A program made the position numbers and the translations under genes. A stretch of DNA of 63,833 nt, the filler included, from Octopus bimaculoides (taxonomy: Eukaryota): NCBI RefSeq assembly GCF_001194135.2. It is 7 parts of 7 records of this genome, joined end to end, with 100 filler letters (N's around TTAATTAATTAA, not from the genome) between each part and the next. Parts side by side here need not be neighbours in the genome. Positions count along the whole stretch, not along the records: positions 49,781 to 55,904 come from NW_026427758.1; positions 56,005 to 60,119 come from NC_068991.1; positions 60,220 to 61,622 come from NW_026305256.1; positions 61,723 to 63,833 come from NC_068981.1; 3 more parts are not named here. One strand, written 5' to 3'. Under the pieces are notes generated by a model. The model was not told where the DNA came from and did no database searches. It worked only from the letters and a program-made list of their open reading frames with translations. Positions 51,940 through 63,833 of the stretch are shown here, in pieces. The number at the start of each line of letters is the position of its first letter. Position 1 is the first letter of the stretch.

Positions 51940-51982
51940 NNNNNNNNNNNNNNNNNNNNNNNNNNNNNNNNNNNNNNNNNNN

Positions 51983-52085
51983 AACATAACAAGTAACTGT
52001 AGAATATGTGGCGATGGACAACAAACAATAAACCGTATTATCCCTGGCTGCCCAGTCCTGGCTAAGAAGGAATATATTCACAGAC
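51983..52085 (+). pseudogene. R4/Dong-like non-LTR element, zinc-knuckle fragment
   Basis: SNCRICGDGQQTINRIIPGCPVLAKKEYIHR: CCHC-type knuckle (His replaced by Arg) leading into RH(D). (TAA)n lies at 51899-51939 upstream, across a short gap. Confidence 0.75.
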
Positions 52086-53081
52086 NNNNNNNNNNNNNNN
52101 NNNNNNNNNNNNNNNNNNNNNNNNNNNNNNNNNNNNNNNNNNNNNNNNNNNNNNNNNNNNNNNNNNNNNNNNNNNNNNNNNNNNNNNNNNNNNNNNNNNN
52201 NNNNNNNNNNNNNNNNNNNNNNNNNNNNNNNNNNNNNNNNNNNNNNNNNNNNNNNNNNNNNNNNNNNNNNNNNNNNNNNNNNNNNNNNNNNNNNNNNNNN
52301 NNNNNNNNNNNNNNNNNNNNNNNNNNNNNNNNNNNNNNNNNNNNNNNNNNNNNNNNNNNNNNNNNNNNNNNNNNNNNNNNNNNNNNNNNNNNNNNNNNNN
52401 NNNNNNNNNNNNNNNNNNNNNNNNNNNNNNNNNNNNNNNNNNNNNNNNNNNNNNNNNNNNNNNNNNNNNNNNNNNNNNNNNNNNNNNNNNNNNNNNNNNN
52501 NNNNNNNNNNNNNNNNNNNNNNNNNNNNNNNNNNNNNNNNNNNNNNNNNNNNNNNNNNNNNNNNNNNNNNNNNNNNNNNNNNNNNNNNNNNNNNNNNNNN
52601 NNNNNNNNNNNNNNNNNNNNNNNNNNNNNNNNNNNNNNNNNNNNNNNNNNNNNNNNNNNNNNNNNNNNNNNNNNNNNNNNNNNNNNNNNNNNNNNNNNNN
52701 NNNNNNNNNNNNNNNNNNNNNNNNNNNNNNNNNNNNNNNNNNNNNNNNNNNNNNNNNNNNNNNNNNNNNNNNNNNNNNNNNNNNNNNNNNNNNNNNNNNN
52801 NNNNNNNNNNNNNNNNNNNNNNNNNNNNNNNNNNNNNNNNNNNNNNNNNNNNNNNNNNNNNNNNNNNNNNNNNNNNNNNNNNNNNNNNNNNNNNNNNNNN
52901 NNNNNNNNNNNNNNNNNNNNNNNNNNNNNNNNNNNNNNNNNNNNNNNNNNNNNNNNNNNNNNNNNNNNNNNNNNNNNNNNNNNNNNNNNNNNNNNNNNNN
53001 NNNNNNNNNNNNNNNNNNNNNNNNNNNNNNNNNNNNNNNNNNNNNNNNNNNNNNNNNNNNNNNNNNNNNNNNNNNNNNNNN

Positions 53082-55904
53082 TAATAATAATAATAAATGA
53101 ACGAAGGGAGAATGATTAAGAGGAAGTGTTACGTAACTAGCGTAGAAATACCTCGGATTAATGAGAGTTTTAGAGACCCTGCCGATGGGCTACAAAGGAT
53201 GGTCGTTGTTGAAAATAGAGAGGTAGGAGTTGAAAGCAGAGAGAAGAGAAGAGAGCAAGAACAGAGAAATGACGATGAGCTGTTAAGTATGAGGAACAGG
53301 GATGTTATACAGTGACCCCTGATACTTTGGTGGGTGGACATGCAAAGGAAATGGACCAACTAGATAATCAATGGCTTGAAATTCAAAGGCGACTCACCAG
53401 CTTGATGAATGCTCTAAAAGAAAAAAATAACCACAAGAGAAGGGTAGATAGGACTGTGATAAATAAAGTAANNNNNNNNNNAAAAATAACCACAAGAGAA
53501 GGGTAGATAGGACTGTGATAAATAAAGTAACACTAAAGATAAATACTGCCATACCATACATCCGGATCGAGGACATAACACAAACAAGGTATCTTCTCCG
53601 GGCTGTTGCGCTACTTGTTGAGGAGAAATTACAACTTAAGAGANNNNNNNNNNTCTCCGGGCTGTTGCGCTACTTGTTGAGGAGAAATTACAACTTAAGA
53701 GAACAAAAAATTGTGCAACAAAAGAACCATTGTGGAGACGACACATTGAAAGTGACATAATGCGGGCACAGCAAGATCTACGAAAAATTGACCGATGCTT
53801 GAGAGGAAACTAGGGAAATGGGTAAACGACCGACAGAGAAAAATTAGAGAAAAAATATAAAATACAGAANNNNNNNNNNNNNNNNNNNNCGGGATTGATA
53901 CAGTAATAGAGCATTTAAAAAACAGGATCATGGAAAAAAACAGAGGATCAGATGATCTGTGAACAGAAATAAGCAATTCGAGCTGAATAGATCGTTCAAA
54001 AATAACCCGAAGCAATTCTTCCGAAAGTAAGAAGGAGATAATAGGGAAAATGTAGCTCCTAGTGCATATCAAGCCAGAAGTTCTGGAGCGCAAGATGGGG
54101 AAACAATGTGATGCATAAAAGGGATGCAATGTGGATGGGAACTATCAAGACAGAATTACAAGCATGGGTGATGTGAAAGTATAACTGGATAAAGTGCCTA
54201 ACTGATATGACTTATGGCTTTTGGCCGAAGGGATGCCACAAGGCACATGTGAAAGACTAGCAGCCCAATTGAATGAGCTTGTCCAGAAAGGTACAGTCTT
54301 CGCTGGATGGTGTCTGGGACGACAACACTTATAATGAAAGATAGAAGAAAGGGGAATATTGTGGGAAACTNNNNNNNNNNACAACACTTATAATGAAAGA
54401 TAGAAGAAAGGGGAATATTGTGGGAAACTAGCGTCCCATAGAATGCCTAAACATAATCTGGAAGATACTCATTAGAATATGTGCGGCAAAGACATACTTT
54501 NNNNNNNNNNTTTCTGACACAAACATGTCTATAGCTTGGATTGACTTTAAGAAGGCATATCATATGATGCCTCATACGTGGATCATTGGATCGTGGAATG
54601 CCTGCAGATGTTTGTTGTTGCTGACAACATCGCAAATGTTCTGATGCAGAGCATGAAAGAGTGGGAATCCAAATTGTACTAGAGTAAATGCATTACTTGG
54701 AGACATTGATATTTATTAAAAGGCGTTTCTTCCATGGTGAATCGTTTTCTCCGTTACTATTTGTAATTTGTAATTAGAATAGTTAAGATAGTTTACCGAT
54801 GTATGAAGAAAGGCCCATCATTGAACCTTCTTCTGTTTATGGATGACCTGAAATTGTTTATGAAATCTGAAAAACAGATAGATACCTTAACTAAAACACT
54901 TCAGAAAAGTGGTTGGGACATCGATATGGACTTTGGGCTTACCAAATGCTCAGTACTTAATACGAAATAATGGAAGAAAGCAGCCTGTAGAGGATTTCAG
55001 TTATCATCAGGAGAGATCATGGGTGAACCCGACGGTAGTGGCTATAGATATTTAGGGATTTTAGAGCTGGATGACATTCGACACAGAGAAATGAAAGTCA
55101 AGGTCAGCGCGGCGTATCAAAAAAGATGAAGCTAGAGTGGAAATCCAACCTGAATGTCAAACATTTGATTAGCGCAGTTGGGGTGGTCAGATATAATGCG
55201 TCCATCCTGAAATGGACTAAAGAGGAAATATCAACTGTGATAGAACGACGGGAAAGTTGATGACGCTGCATGGGGCGCTACAACCTAAAGCCAAGTAAAC
55301 AGACTGTATATGAAAAGAAAGAATGGTGGCATAGCACTAATTAGTATAGACCATTGTATAAGGAGGGAAAGGAGAAGGTTTCCGAGTATTTGATGAATAA
55401 TGANNNNNNNNNNNNNNNNNNNNNNNNNNNNNNNNNNNNNNNNNNNNNNNNNNNNNNNNNNCAAGGAAGAGTTTTACCAAAGAGAAGAGGAGAAGAGAAA
55501 GCAAGAATTTATTGAAATGATAATGCACGGACAGTTGGAAAGGAATACGCAAGACGTTAAGGATAATACAACATCGTGGGCATGGGTTCAGTAAAGTAAT
55601 TTGAGGCATACTACCGGAAGCCTGATCATTGCTGTACAAGACCAGGCTTTCGCTACCAATTCAGTGAAGTATAACATCTATAAAACTTCTGACACGCAGA
55701 AATGCAGACTCTCTGGAAAGAGTGTGGAAAATGTGACCGACTTGGTAAGTGGGTGTGAGAGATTTGCAGAAACAAATACAAGCGCCGTCACGATAAAGTG
55801 TGCATGTATCTGTATTGGCTCTTATGCCGTAAATACCAATATGAAGTAACAGATAACTGGTATGAGCATGTACCAAGTAAAGTTATGTAGGAGGATAGAA
55901 AAGT
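53082..55904 (+). pseudogene. R4/Dong-like (RLE-type) non-LTR retrotransposon, decayed ORF
   Basis: AWIDFKKAY (54534), FHGESFSPLLF (about 54730), FMDDLKL (54836), FGLTKC, YRYLGILE, LIIAVQDQAFATN, CRLSG...LVSGC and KRRHDKV (55780). The 5' side abuts (TAA)n. Many stops and frameshifts. Confidence 0.85.
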
Positions 55905-56004
55905 NNNNNNNNNNNNNNNNNNNNNNNNNNNNNNNNNNNNNNNNNNNNTTAATTAATTAANNNNNNNNNNNNNNNNNNNNNNNNNNNNNNNNNNNNNNNN
56001 NNNN
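55905..56004. other. Artificial scaffold-join spacer
   Basis: 44N-TTAATTAATTAA-44N. Confidence 0.95.
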
Positions 56005-56356
56005 GTTTCAGTCATTTGACTGCAGCCATGCTGGAGCACTGCCTTTAGTCGAGCAAATCGACCCCAGGACTTATTCTTTGTAAGCTTAGTACTTATTCTA
56101 TCGGTCTCTTTTGCCGAACCTCTAAGTTACGGGGACATAAACACCAGCATTGGTTGTCAAACGATGTTGGGGGGACAAACACTGGCACACACACACACAC
56201 ACATATACGACTGGCTTCTTTCAGTTTCTGTCTACCAAATCCACTCACAAGGCTTTGGTCGGCCTGAGGCTATAGTAGAAGACACTTGCCCAAGGTGCCA
56301 TGCAGTGGGACTGAACCCAGGACCATGTGGTTGGTAAGCAAGCTAATTACCACACA
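56005..56356 (-). mobile_element. SINE family A, near full length
   Basis: Reverse complement closely matches 57248-57637. Confidence 0.93.
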
Positions 56357-56390
56357 TTATTATTATTATTGTTATTATTATTACTATTAA

Positions 56391-56592
56391 GGCGGAAAAC
56401 TGGCAGAGTCATTAGCACACTGGGTGAAATGCTTAGCAATATTTCATCTGTCGCTACATTCTGAGTTCAAATTCTGTCGCAGTCAACTTTGCTTTCATCT
56501 TTTCAAGGTTGATAAAATAAAAACCAGTTACGCACTGGGGTCGATGTAACCGACTCGTCCCCTCCCCCAAAATGGCAAAATCTAAAACCATT
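56391..56592 (+). mobile_element. SINE family B
   Basis: Head and Meta-like domain between (ATT)n tracts. Confidence 0.85.
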
Positions 56593-56661
56593 ATCATTAT
56601 TATTATTATTATCATTATGATTATTAGTATTGTTATTATTATTATTAGAGCAGTGCACCAA

Positions 56662-56865
56662 GGTGGTGAGCTGGCAGAATTGTTAGCATGCTGGGCAAAA
56701 TGCTTTGTGGTATTGTGTCTGTTTTTACATTCTGAGTTCAAATTCCACCAAAGCCGACTTGTCATTCTTTCTGGGTTGATAAAATAAGTACTAACCAAGC
56801 GCTGGAGTTGATGTACATTGACTTCACCTTCCCCAGAAATTTCAGGCCTTGCAGCCATTTTCAAA
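56662..56865 (+). mobile_element. SINE family B, second tandem copy
   Basis: ggtgagctggcagaattgttagc...ctgagttcaaattcc. Confidence 0.85.
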
Positions 56866-57247
56866 TGGATTTTTAGAGCAGTACATTGGCAGAAACGTTA
56901 CAGCAACAGTCTAAATACCACACAATGTGGATCATTACATTGTGAGATCAATTCTGGCTGAAGTCAACTTTTCCTTTCATCTCTTCTGGGTCAACAACTG
57001 ACCAAATACTAAGCTTGGTGGCCTCAACTAAATCATAGGTTTTCAAAGTGGTCGCTACTGCCCCCCACCTCCAGTGGGCGTTGAGAGGATCCAGGTGAGA
57101 GCTGGTGTCTAAGGGGGGCAGTAGAGAAAAAGGAGGCATTGAGAGAAAGATAGTGGATTAGGGGACACAACGAATTTATATTATGGCATTGTATACAAAT
57201 TATATTAAATATCAAATGATTCATCGTATATATAAATTAGTAAACTA

Positions 57248-57395
57248 AGTAGCTTGCTTACCAGCCACATGGTTCAGGGTTCAGTCCCACTGTGTGACAC
57301 TTTGGGCAAGTGTGTTCTACTATAGCCTCGGGCCGACAAAAGCCTTGTGAGTGGATTTGGTAGACGGAAACTGAAAGAAGCCCGTCGTATATATG

Positions 57396-57426
<31 letters not shown>

Positions 57427-57637
57427 ATGTTTGTGTGTCTGTGTTTGTCGCCCCAACTTCGCTTGACAACCGATGCTGGTGTGTTTACGTCCCCGTAACT
57501 TAGCGGTTCGGCAAAAAAGAGACCAATAGAATAAGTACTAGGCTTACAAAGAATAAGTCCTGGGGTTGATTTGCTCGACTAAAGGCGGTGCTCCAGCATG
57601 GCCGCAGTCAAATGAGTGAAACAAGTAAAGAGTAAAC
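57248..57637 (+). mobile_element. SINE family A, near full length, young
   Basis: Little divergence from 20803-21366 outside the microsatellite spacer. Confidence 0.93.
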
Positions 57638-58017
57638 TATTTATTTATACATTAAAATAGGGTGGGGGTGGGGGCGCTGAGGGTATTATGTGGCCATGAG
57701 GGGTGGGGCAGTGGCCCAAAAAGTTTTGAGAACCTCTGAACTGAATTTTCTCCCCCATTTCAGTCCTGATACCCATGAGGGAATCTGCTGTTTTCGTCTC
57801 TACTTTCTCTTGGTCTACTTTCCTTTTTCTCAGGCCTTTTTTTTCTTCTTTTTTTCTCTTTTTAGCCTCAACTTCTCTCTCCACCCCCCACCCTTCACTC
57901 ATCCCTCTATTTATCTCCCTCTCTCCCTCCATCATATTCTCTCTCTCTCGTCTTTTCTCACAGTCTCTTGTATTCCTCTTTCATCCACACCCTCATTATT
58001 ATTCACACCTCCTCTCA

Positions 58018-58019
<2 letters not shown>

Positions 58020-58048
<29 letters not shown>

Positions 58049-58125
58049 TACACTCATACTCATGCACACATACACACACACAGGAATCTGTATTCTTCTA
58101 CACCTTCCTCCCTCACTGTACACAT

Positions 58126-58169
<44 letters not shown>

Positions 58170-58620
58170 ACTCATACACACATACTCATACACTCATACT
58201 CATGCACATACACACACACAAGAATTTGTATTCTTCTACACCTTCCTCCCTCACTGTACACATCCACACATACACATATATACACACACACACATACATA
58301 CACATACACACATACACACACACACACACACACATGCACGCTCATACACACATACTCATGCACACACACACACACACAAGAATCTGTATTCTTCTACACC
58401 TTCCTCCCTCAATGTACACACTCACACATACACACACACACATACACACACACACACACACACATACACGCTCATACACACATACTCATGCACACATATA
58501 CACACACAAGAATCTGTATTCTTCTACACCTTCCTCCCTCACTGTACACATTCACACATACACACATACACACATACATACACACACACATACACACACA
58601 CATACACACACACACACACT
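58020..58620. repeat. Compound minisatellite, four ~130-160-bp units with embedded (CA)n
   Basis: Core ca(a/g)gaat(c/t)tgtattcttctacaccttcctccctca at 58081, 58219, 58377 and 58507. Confidence 0.9.
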
Positions 58621-58915
58621 GAGTTTATCATAACCTATCCTCTTTATCCATCCTCCTCTTCTTTTCCATACTCCCCCCACCTCTCTCTCTCTTTCTTCAT
58701 CACCACACATTTTCATCATATGACTTCTTCAATCTCCGACTTCCTCAATCTTTCTTCTCACTCTCCCTTCTTCCCTCACCACCTCCACCACCTGCCACCC
58801 TATTTTCTGTCCATATCCTTTTGGCCCACCTCACTCCCAATGTTACATCTCTGGTTCATCCTGCTCTTCTTATGTAATGCTTTCAATCAACCATGTAAAC
58901 CAGTATAGTACTAAC

Positions 58916-58947
<32 letters not shown>

Positions 58948-59094
58948 GTGTGTGTGTATGTATATGTATGATTATATATATATATATATGTATGTGTATG
59001 TGTGTGTAAATGGTATGTGTGTATATATATATGTGTGTGTGTATATATATATATATATAGATGTGTGTGTAAATGGTATGTGTATATATATATA

Positions 59095-59153
<59 letters not shown>

Positions 59154-59850
59154 ATGATTATATATGTATGTGTGTGTATATGTATTTGTGTATATATGTG
59201 TGTGTATATGTGGGTGTCTGTGTGTGTATATATGTGGGTGTATGTGTGTGTGTGTGTGTGTGTGTGCATGTATATATATATATATGAGTGTGTGTGTGTG
59301 TGTGTGTATGTATATATATATACATGTTGTATGTATGTATATATGTACATACGTACAAACATTTTGATGAAAGGAAGTGTACATGAGATCTGCAAAGGAT
59401 ACAAATATTGAAGAAGCAGTGACGAAGTAGATTATCAATTAACAAGGCTGCAGTTGAACAAGTTCCGTTGTTTAAATAACCGGAATAGTCATTTATTTGT
59501 AGAGGCAGATTCATTGGAATCGTTTCACCTGTCTGTCTGTATGTCTGTCTATCTACCTATTTATCTATCTATCTATCTAACTGTCTGTCTGTCCTTTTAT
59601 GTGTGTGTGTGAGTACGCACTCACACACACACACACACACACACACAGCTCAAAACTAAATAGACATGCCTCATTATATATATGGGAGCTAATCATTTGT
59701 ATGATGTCCTAACAGATTAACTCGTTAAAACCTGCGTGAAGTATGTTTGCTGAATACTAGATCTAAATGTATCAAATGACATCATTTTGTTTCTAGAAAT
59801 AGATCTTTCAGGAATGAAGGTGTCTATTTACTTTTGGGATGTCTGTGTTC

Positions 59851-59881
<31 letters not shown>

Positions 59882-59884
59882 CAT

Positions 59885-60119
59885 CATCATCATCATCATC
59901 ATCGTTTAACGTCCGCTTTCCATGCTAGCATGGGTTGGACGATTTGACTGAGGACTGGTGAAACCGGATGGCAACACCAGGCTCCAATCTGATTTGGCAG
60001 AGTTTCTACAGCTGGATGCCCTTCCTAACGCCAACCACTCAGAGAGTGTAGTGGGTGCTTTTACGTGTCACCCGCACGAAAACGGCCACGCTCGAAATGG
60101 TGTCTTTTATGTGCCATCC
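59885..60119 (-). mobile_element. SINE family E (Nin/Deu-like domain), 3' part with (ATG)n tail
   Basis: ctacagctggatgcccttcctaacgccaaccac is the reverse complement of the Nin/Deu-type core; tail catcatcat. Confidence 0.8.
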
Positions 60120-60219
60120 NNNNNNNNNNNNNNNNNNNNNNNNNNNNNNNNNNNNNNNNNNNNTTAATTAATTAANNNNNNNNNNNNNNNNNNNNNNNNN
60201 NNNNNNNNNNNNNNNNNNN
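60120..60219. other. Artificial scaffold-join spacer
   Basis: 44N-TTAATTAATTAA-44N. Confidence 0.95.
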
Positions 60220-61622
60220 GAACAAACGAACGAACGAACGAACAAATGAACGAAAGAACGAACGTACGTACGTACGTACGTGCGAAAGAAAGATCGATCG
60301 AACGGACGAACGGACAAACTAACGAACGTACGTACGAACGAACGAATGAAGTCCTTACATACGTACGAACGAACGANNNNNNNNNNNNNNNNNNNNNNNN
60401 NNNNNNNNNNNNNNNNNNNNNNCGTACGAAAGAATGAACAAACGATTGAAAGAAAGAATGTACGTACGAGCGAAAGAACAAACGAACGAACGAACGAACG
60501 AACGAAAGAACGAACGAACGTACGTACGTGCGAAGGAACGAACGAACAAACGAACGAACGAACTAAAGAATGATCGTACGTACGTACGGAAGAACGAAAC
60601 AAACGAACGAACGAAAGNNNNNNNNNNACGAACGAACGAAAGAACGAACGATCGAACGAAACAAACAAACGAATGAACGAACAAGCGAAAGAACGAACGA
60701 ATGAAAGAAACAACGGACGAACGAACGAACGAGAGAACGATCGAGCAAACGAAAGAACGTACGTACGTAGGAACGAACGAACGAACGTACGTACGTACGA
60801 ATGTACGAACGAACGAAGGTACGTAAGAACGAATGACCTAANNNNNNNNNNACGAACGTACGAACGAACAAACGAACGAACGAACAAAGAAACGGACGAA
60901 CGGACGAAAGTATGTACAAACATACGTACGTACGAACGAACGAAAGAGGACAGAAACGAACGTACGTATGTACGAACGAACAAACGAACGAACGAACGAA
61001 ATAACGATCGAAAGTAGGAAAGAACGAANNNNNNNNNNACAAACGAACGAACGAACGAAATAACGATCGAAAGTAGGAAAGAACGAACGATCGAACGAGC
61101 GAATGAACGATCGTTCATATGTATGTACGTACGAACGACCGAACCAACAAACGAATAAACGAACGTACGTAAGTACGTACGTACGAAACAACGAACAAAG
61201 GAATGAAAGAACGTAAGTACGTAAGTACGAACGAAAGAACGAAAGAATTAACGANNNNNNNNNNNNNNNNNNNNNNNNNNNNNNNNNNNNNNNNNNNNNN
61301 NNNNNNNNNNNNNNNNNNNNNNNNNNNNNNNNNNNNNNNNGAACGAACGAACGAACGATTGAACGAACGAGCGATTGAACGAGCGAACGATTGACCGAAC
61401 GAAGGAACAAACGAAGGAAGGAACGAACGAACGAAGGAACAAAAGAACGAACGAACAAACGAACGAACGTACACATGTGCGAACGAAAGAATGATCGAAC
61501 GAACACACAAACGAACGTACGTACGAACGTACGTAGGAATGATCGAACGGGCCAACGAACGTACGCACATACGAACGAACGAACTAACGTACGTACGTAC
61601 GAAAGAACGAACGAAAGAACGA
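60220..61622. repeat. Degenerate (AACG)n tetranucleotide satellite with TACG/GATC/AAAG variants
   Basis: Direct reading; occupies an entire spacer-bounded piece. Confidence 0.95.
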
Positions 61623-61722
61623 NNNNNNNNNNNNNNNNNNNNNNNNNNNNNNNNNNNNNNNNNNNNTTAATTAATTAANNNNNNNNNNNNNNNNNNNNNN
61701 NNNNNNNNNNNNNNNNNNNNNN
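61623..61722. other. Artificial scaffold-join spacer
   Basis: 44N-TTAATTAATTAA-44N. Confidence 0.95.
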
Positions 61723-61916
61723 GTGGGAAGAACCATTTTAACGATGCGTGCTGCCTTTATTCTTCGAAACGCCGGTGTTTTAATGGTGGCAGCTGATGAA
61801 GGAGATGTTTCTATGTGGCCTGCTTGTTTGGTGTACCTTGTTTATCATTTTGTCCATGTTCTTTTGCCACGGCCGCAGTCAAATGACTAAAACAAGTAAA
61901 AGAATAAAAGAATATA

Positions 61917-62050
61917 TGTATCTTATACATAAACGGAAATTTCTGTCTGTCTGTTACCACCTTGCTACCTACACCAGTGAACCAATCTTGATGGAACTTT
62001 GCATACGTGTTAAATTAACATCCAGTTCAATTATAGGTTAATTGGATTTC
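61917..62050 (+). mobile_element. Possible Lep1/DINE-1-like Helitron-related non-autonomous element, 5' part
   Basis: atcttatacataaacggaaatttctgtctgtctgtt...gaaccaatcttgatggaactttgcatac resembles the Lep1/DINE-1 core as remembered. Confidence 0.45.
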
Positions 62051-62276
62051 TGTAAAAGTCTACACTGAGGTTAGGCTATTATATGATAAGATGAGGGTGC
62101 AAAGAGAGTTAGTGCGAGGGTAATGTAGTAGCAGAGTGAGTGTGACTGATATCAGGGAAAAGGAGACAGCGTTGTGTAAATGACAAATAGGGAGTGACAA
62201 TGGGAGATTAACGTTAATACAGCTGTCATATACACGCGACGCTGCATACATACTTTCGTAACTACATAGATACATG

Positions 62277-62318
<42 letters not shown>

Positions 62319-63559
62319 TTTAAAACGCCGAAGAAAGGAAAGAAAGGTGTGTGTGAGGAATACGGAGCTTTAAGGAGGGTGGCANNNNNNNNNNNNNNNN
62401 NNNNNNNNNNNNNNNNNNNNNNNNNNNNNNNNNNNNNNNNNNNNNNNNNNNNNNNNNNNNNNNNNNNNNNNNNNNNNNNNNNNNNNNNNNNNNNNNNNNN
62501 NNNNNNNNNNNNNNNNNNNNNNNNNNNNNNNNNNNNNNNNNNNNNNNNNNNNNNNNNNNNNNNNNNNNNNNNNNNNNNNNNNNNNNNNNNNNNNNNNNNN
62601 NNNNNNNNNNNNNNNNNNNNNNNNNNNNNNNNNNNNNNNNNNNNNNNNNNNNNNNNNNNNNNNNNNNNNNNNNNNNNNNNNNNNNNNNNNNNNNNNNNNN
62701 NNNNNNNNNNNNNNNNNNNNNNNNNNNNNNNNNNNNNNNNNNNNNNNNNNNNNNNNNNNNNNNNNNNNNNNNNNNNNNNNNNNNNNNNNNNNNNNNNNNN
62801 NNNNNNNNNNNNNNNNNNNNNNNNNNNNNNNNNNNNNNNNNNNNNNNNNNNNNTCCCTGTTGCTGTCAGATATTGGGAAATTTTAAAATTACGTCAAAAT
62901 TTTCAGTTTTTGTATATTGAAATAGTTTTCGCATTTTCTTATTTATTTGTTCCAGAAAAATTGCAGAAAAATGTTACTGATGTTTAAAGTGCAATCATTT
63001 TTACCTAACCAGAAAACAGGATTTGGAAGCCGGCATTTTCTGCATGATAGCTGTCTGTCACAAAATGAAAGCATAATCATTACGAGAAGGAAATTTTATT
63101 AAGCAAACGAAAGTAAAGCATTACAACGACCAAAGTTGTTAGAACTTCTGAAGTTTTAATAAGTTTTAATGAAAAAAGTCACGTGAAACGGTCGAACAGA
63201 CGTGTAAATAACTTTAAAAATGAAAAAAGTCCTCAACTAAGTTTTTTGCGAAAAATTGCACAAATCTGTCCTAACCAAAAGACATATCTGTCTGGGAAGG
63301 CATGGTTTGACATGAAATAAACAAAAAATTATATAAGACATTTTATTGTAAAAATTGCCAGCTAGTGTGTATATACGTGTATAATCACGTACACGGACAC
63401 ATACACAGACATAAAAAATTAATGTATGAAATTTATTTGTAATAAAATAAACTTGAATAAGCTTTTTAAGACTCAACCTTTTCAAAAGTGGTTACTTTAG
63501 GGACACCTCGCAGCTACATACATACATACATACACATATACACATGCACACACACAATT

Positions 63560-63600
<41 letters not shown>

Positions 63601-63627
63601 CACACACAGACATGCATATGCATATAT

Positions 63628-63833
63628 TCTTTTACTTTTTTTTACTCTCACTTATTTTGACTGTGACCATGCTGGAGTCCCACCTTTTAGTCGAAGAAAT
63701 CGACCCCTGGACTTATTCTTTGTAAGCCGAGTACTTATTCTATCGGTCTCTTTTGCCGAACTGCTAAGTTACGAGGACACACCAACATCGGTGGTGGAGA
63801 GACAAACACAGACACAAAGACACACATATAAAT
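63628..63833 (-). mobile_element. SINE family A, 3' half (truncated by window end)
   Basis: tttgactgtgaccatgctggag...gacttattctttgtaagc...tctatcggtctcttttgccgaac. Confidence 0.9.

Noticed and set aside
51212-54429. ~49-bp direct repeats either side of 10-N gaps (51212/51271, 53423/53482, 53595/53654, 54322/54381; also 60981/61040)
   Set aside because: The uniform length and position at placeholder gaps indicate unmerged contig overlaps, not biological duplications.
56357-56870. SINE B mobilised by the (TAA)-targeting R4/Dong elements
   Set aside because: SINE B is flanked by (ATT)n on its sense strand whereas the Dong-like relics sit by (TAA)n, the opposite orientation. No shared 3' tail is visible in the window.
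57690-58908. Longest ORFs in the track (310 and 377 aa, His/Thr-rich)
   Set aside because: They are translations of (CA)n minisatellite units, open only because the repeat lacks stops.
60168-61570. RSFV / NERT repetitive ORFs
   Set aside because: Translations of the (AACG)n satellite and N runs.
61793-61830. CTGATGAAG as another hammerhead core
   Set aside because: No closing stem II and no downstream GAAA.

Overview
AT-rich, repeat-dense eukaryotic DNA. The SINE families suggest a coleoid cephalopod, most likely Octopus; this is inference from recognising the repeats, not a database result. No intact protein-coding gene can be supported, and nearly all ORFs in the supplied track are translations of microsatellites or N-gaps. 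The window is seven pieces joined by identical 100-bp spacers (44 N + TTAATTAATTAA + 44 N), so adjacency across those joins is unproven. It contains about 30 tRNA-derived SINE copies of several families (my labels A to E). It also contains decayed relics of LINEs (two RTE-like, two R4/Dong-like next to (TAA)n), two Ty3/Gypsy relics, a Helitron helicase relic, two mariner pieces, two minisatellites and a CpG-rich (AACG)n satellite. A few weak exon candidates are present. The most interesting structure is a 482-bp insertion at 41176-41657 bounded by a 13-bp direct repeat. It has two inverted ~146-bp arms, each carrying a minimal type I hammerhead ribozyme motif of the kind known from Penelope-like elements, enclosing a tRNA-derived Pol III promoter head. 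Further hammerhead-like motifs lie at 20979-21014 and, decayed, at 9335-9367. Coordinates were counted by hand, and ends of diverged repeats are approximate.
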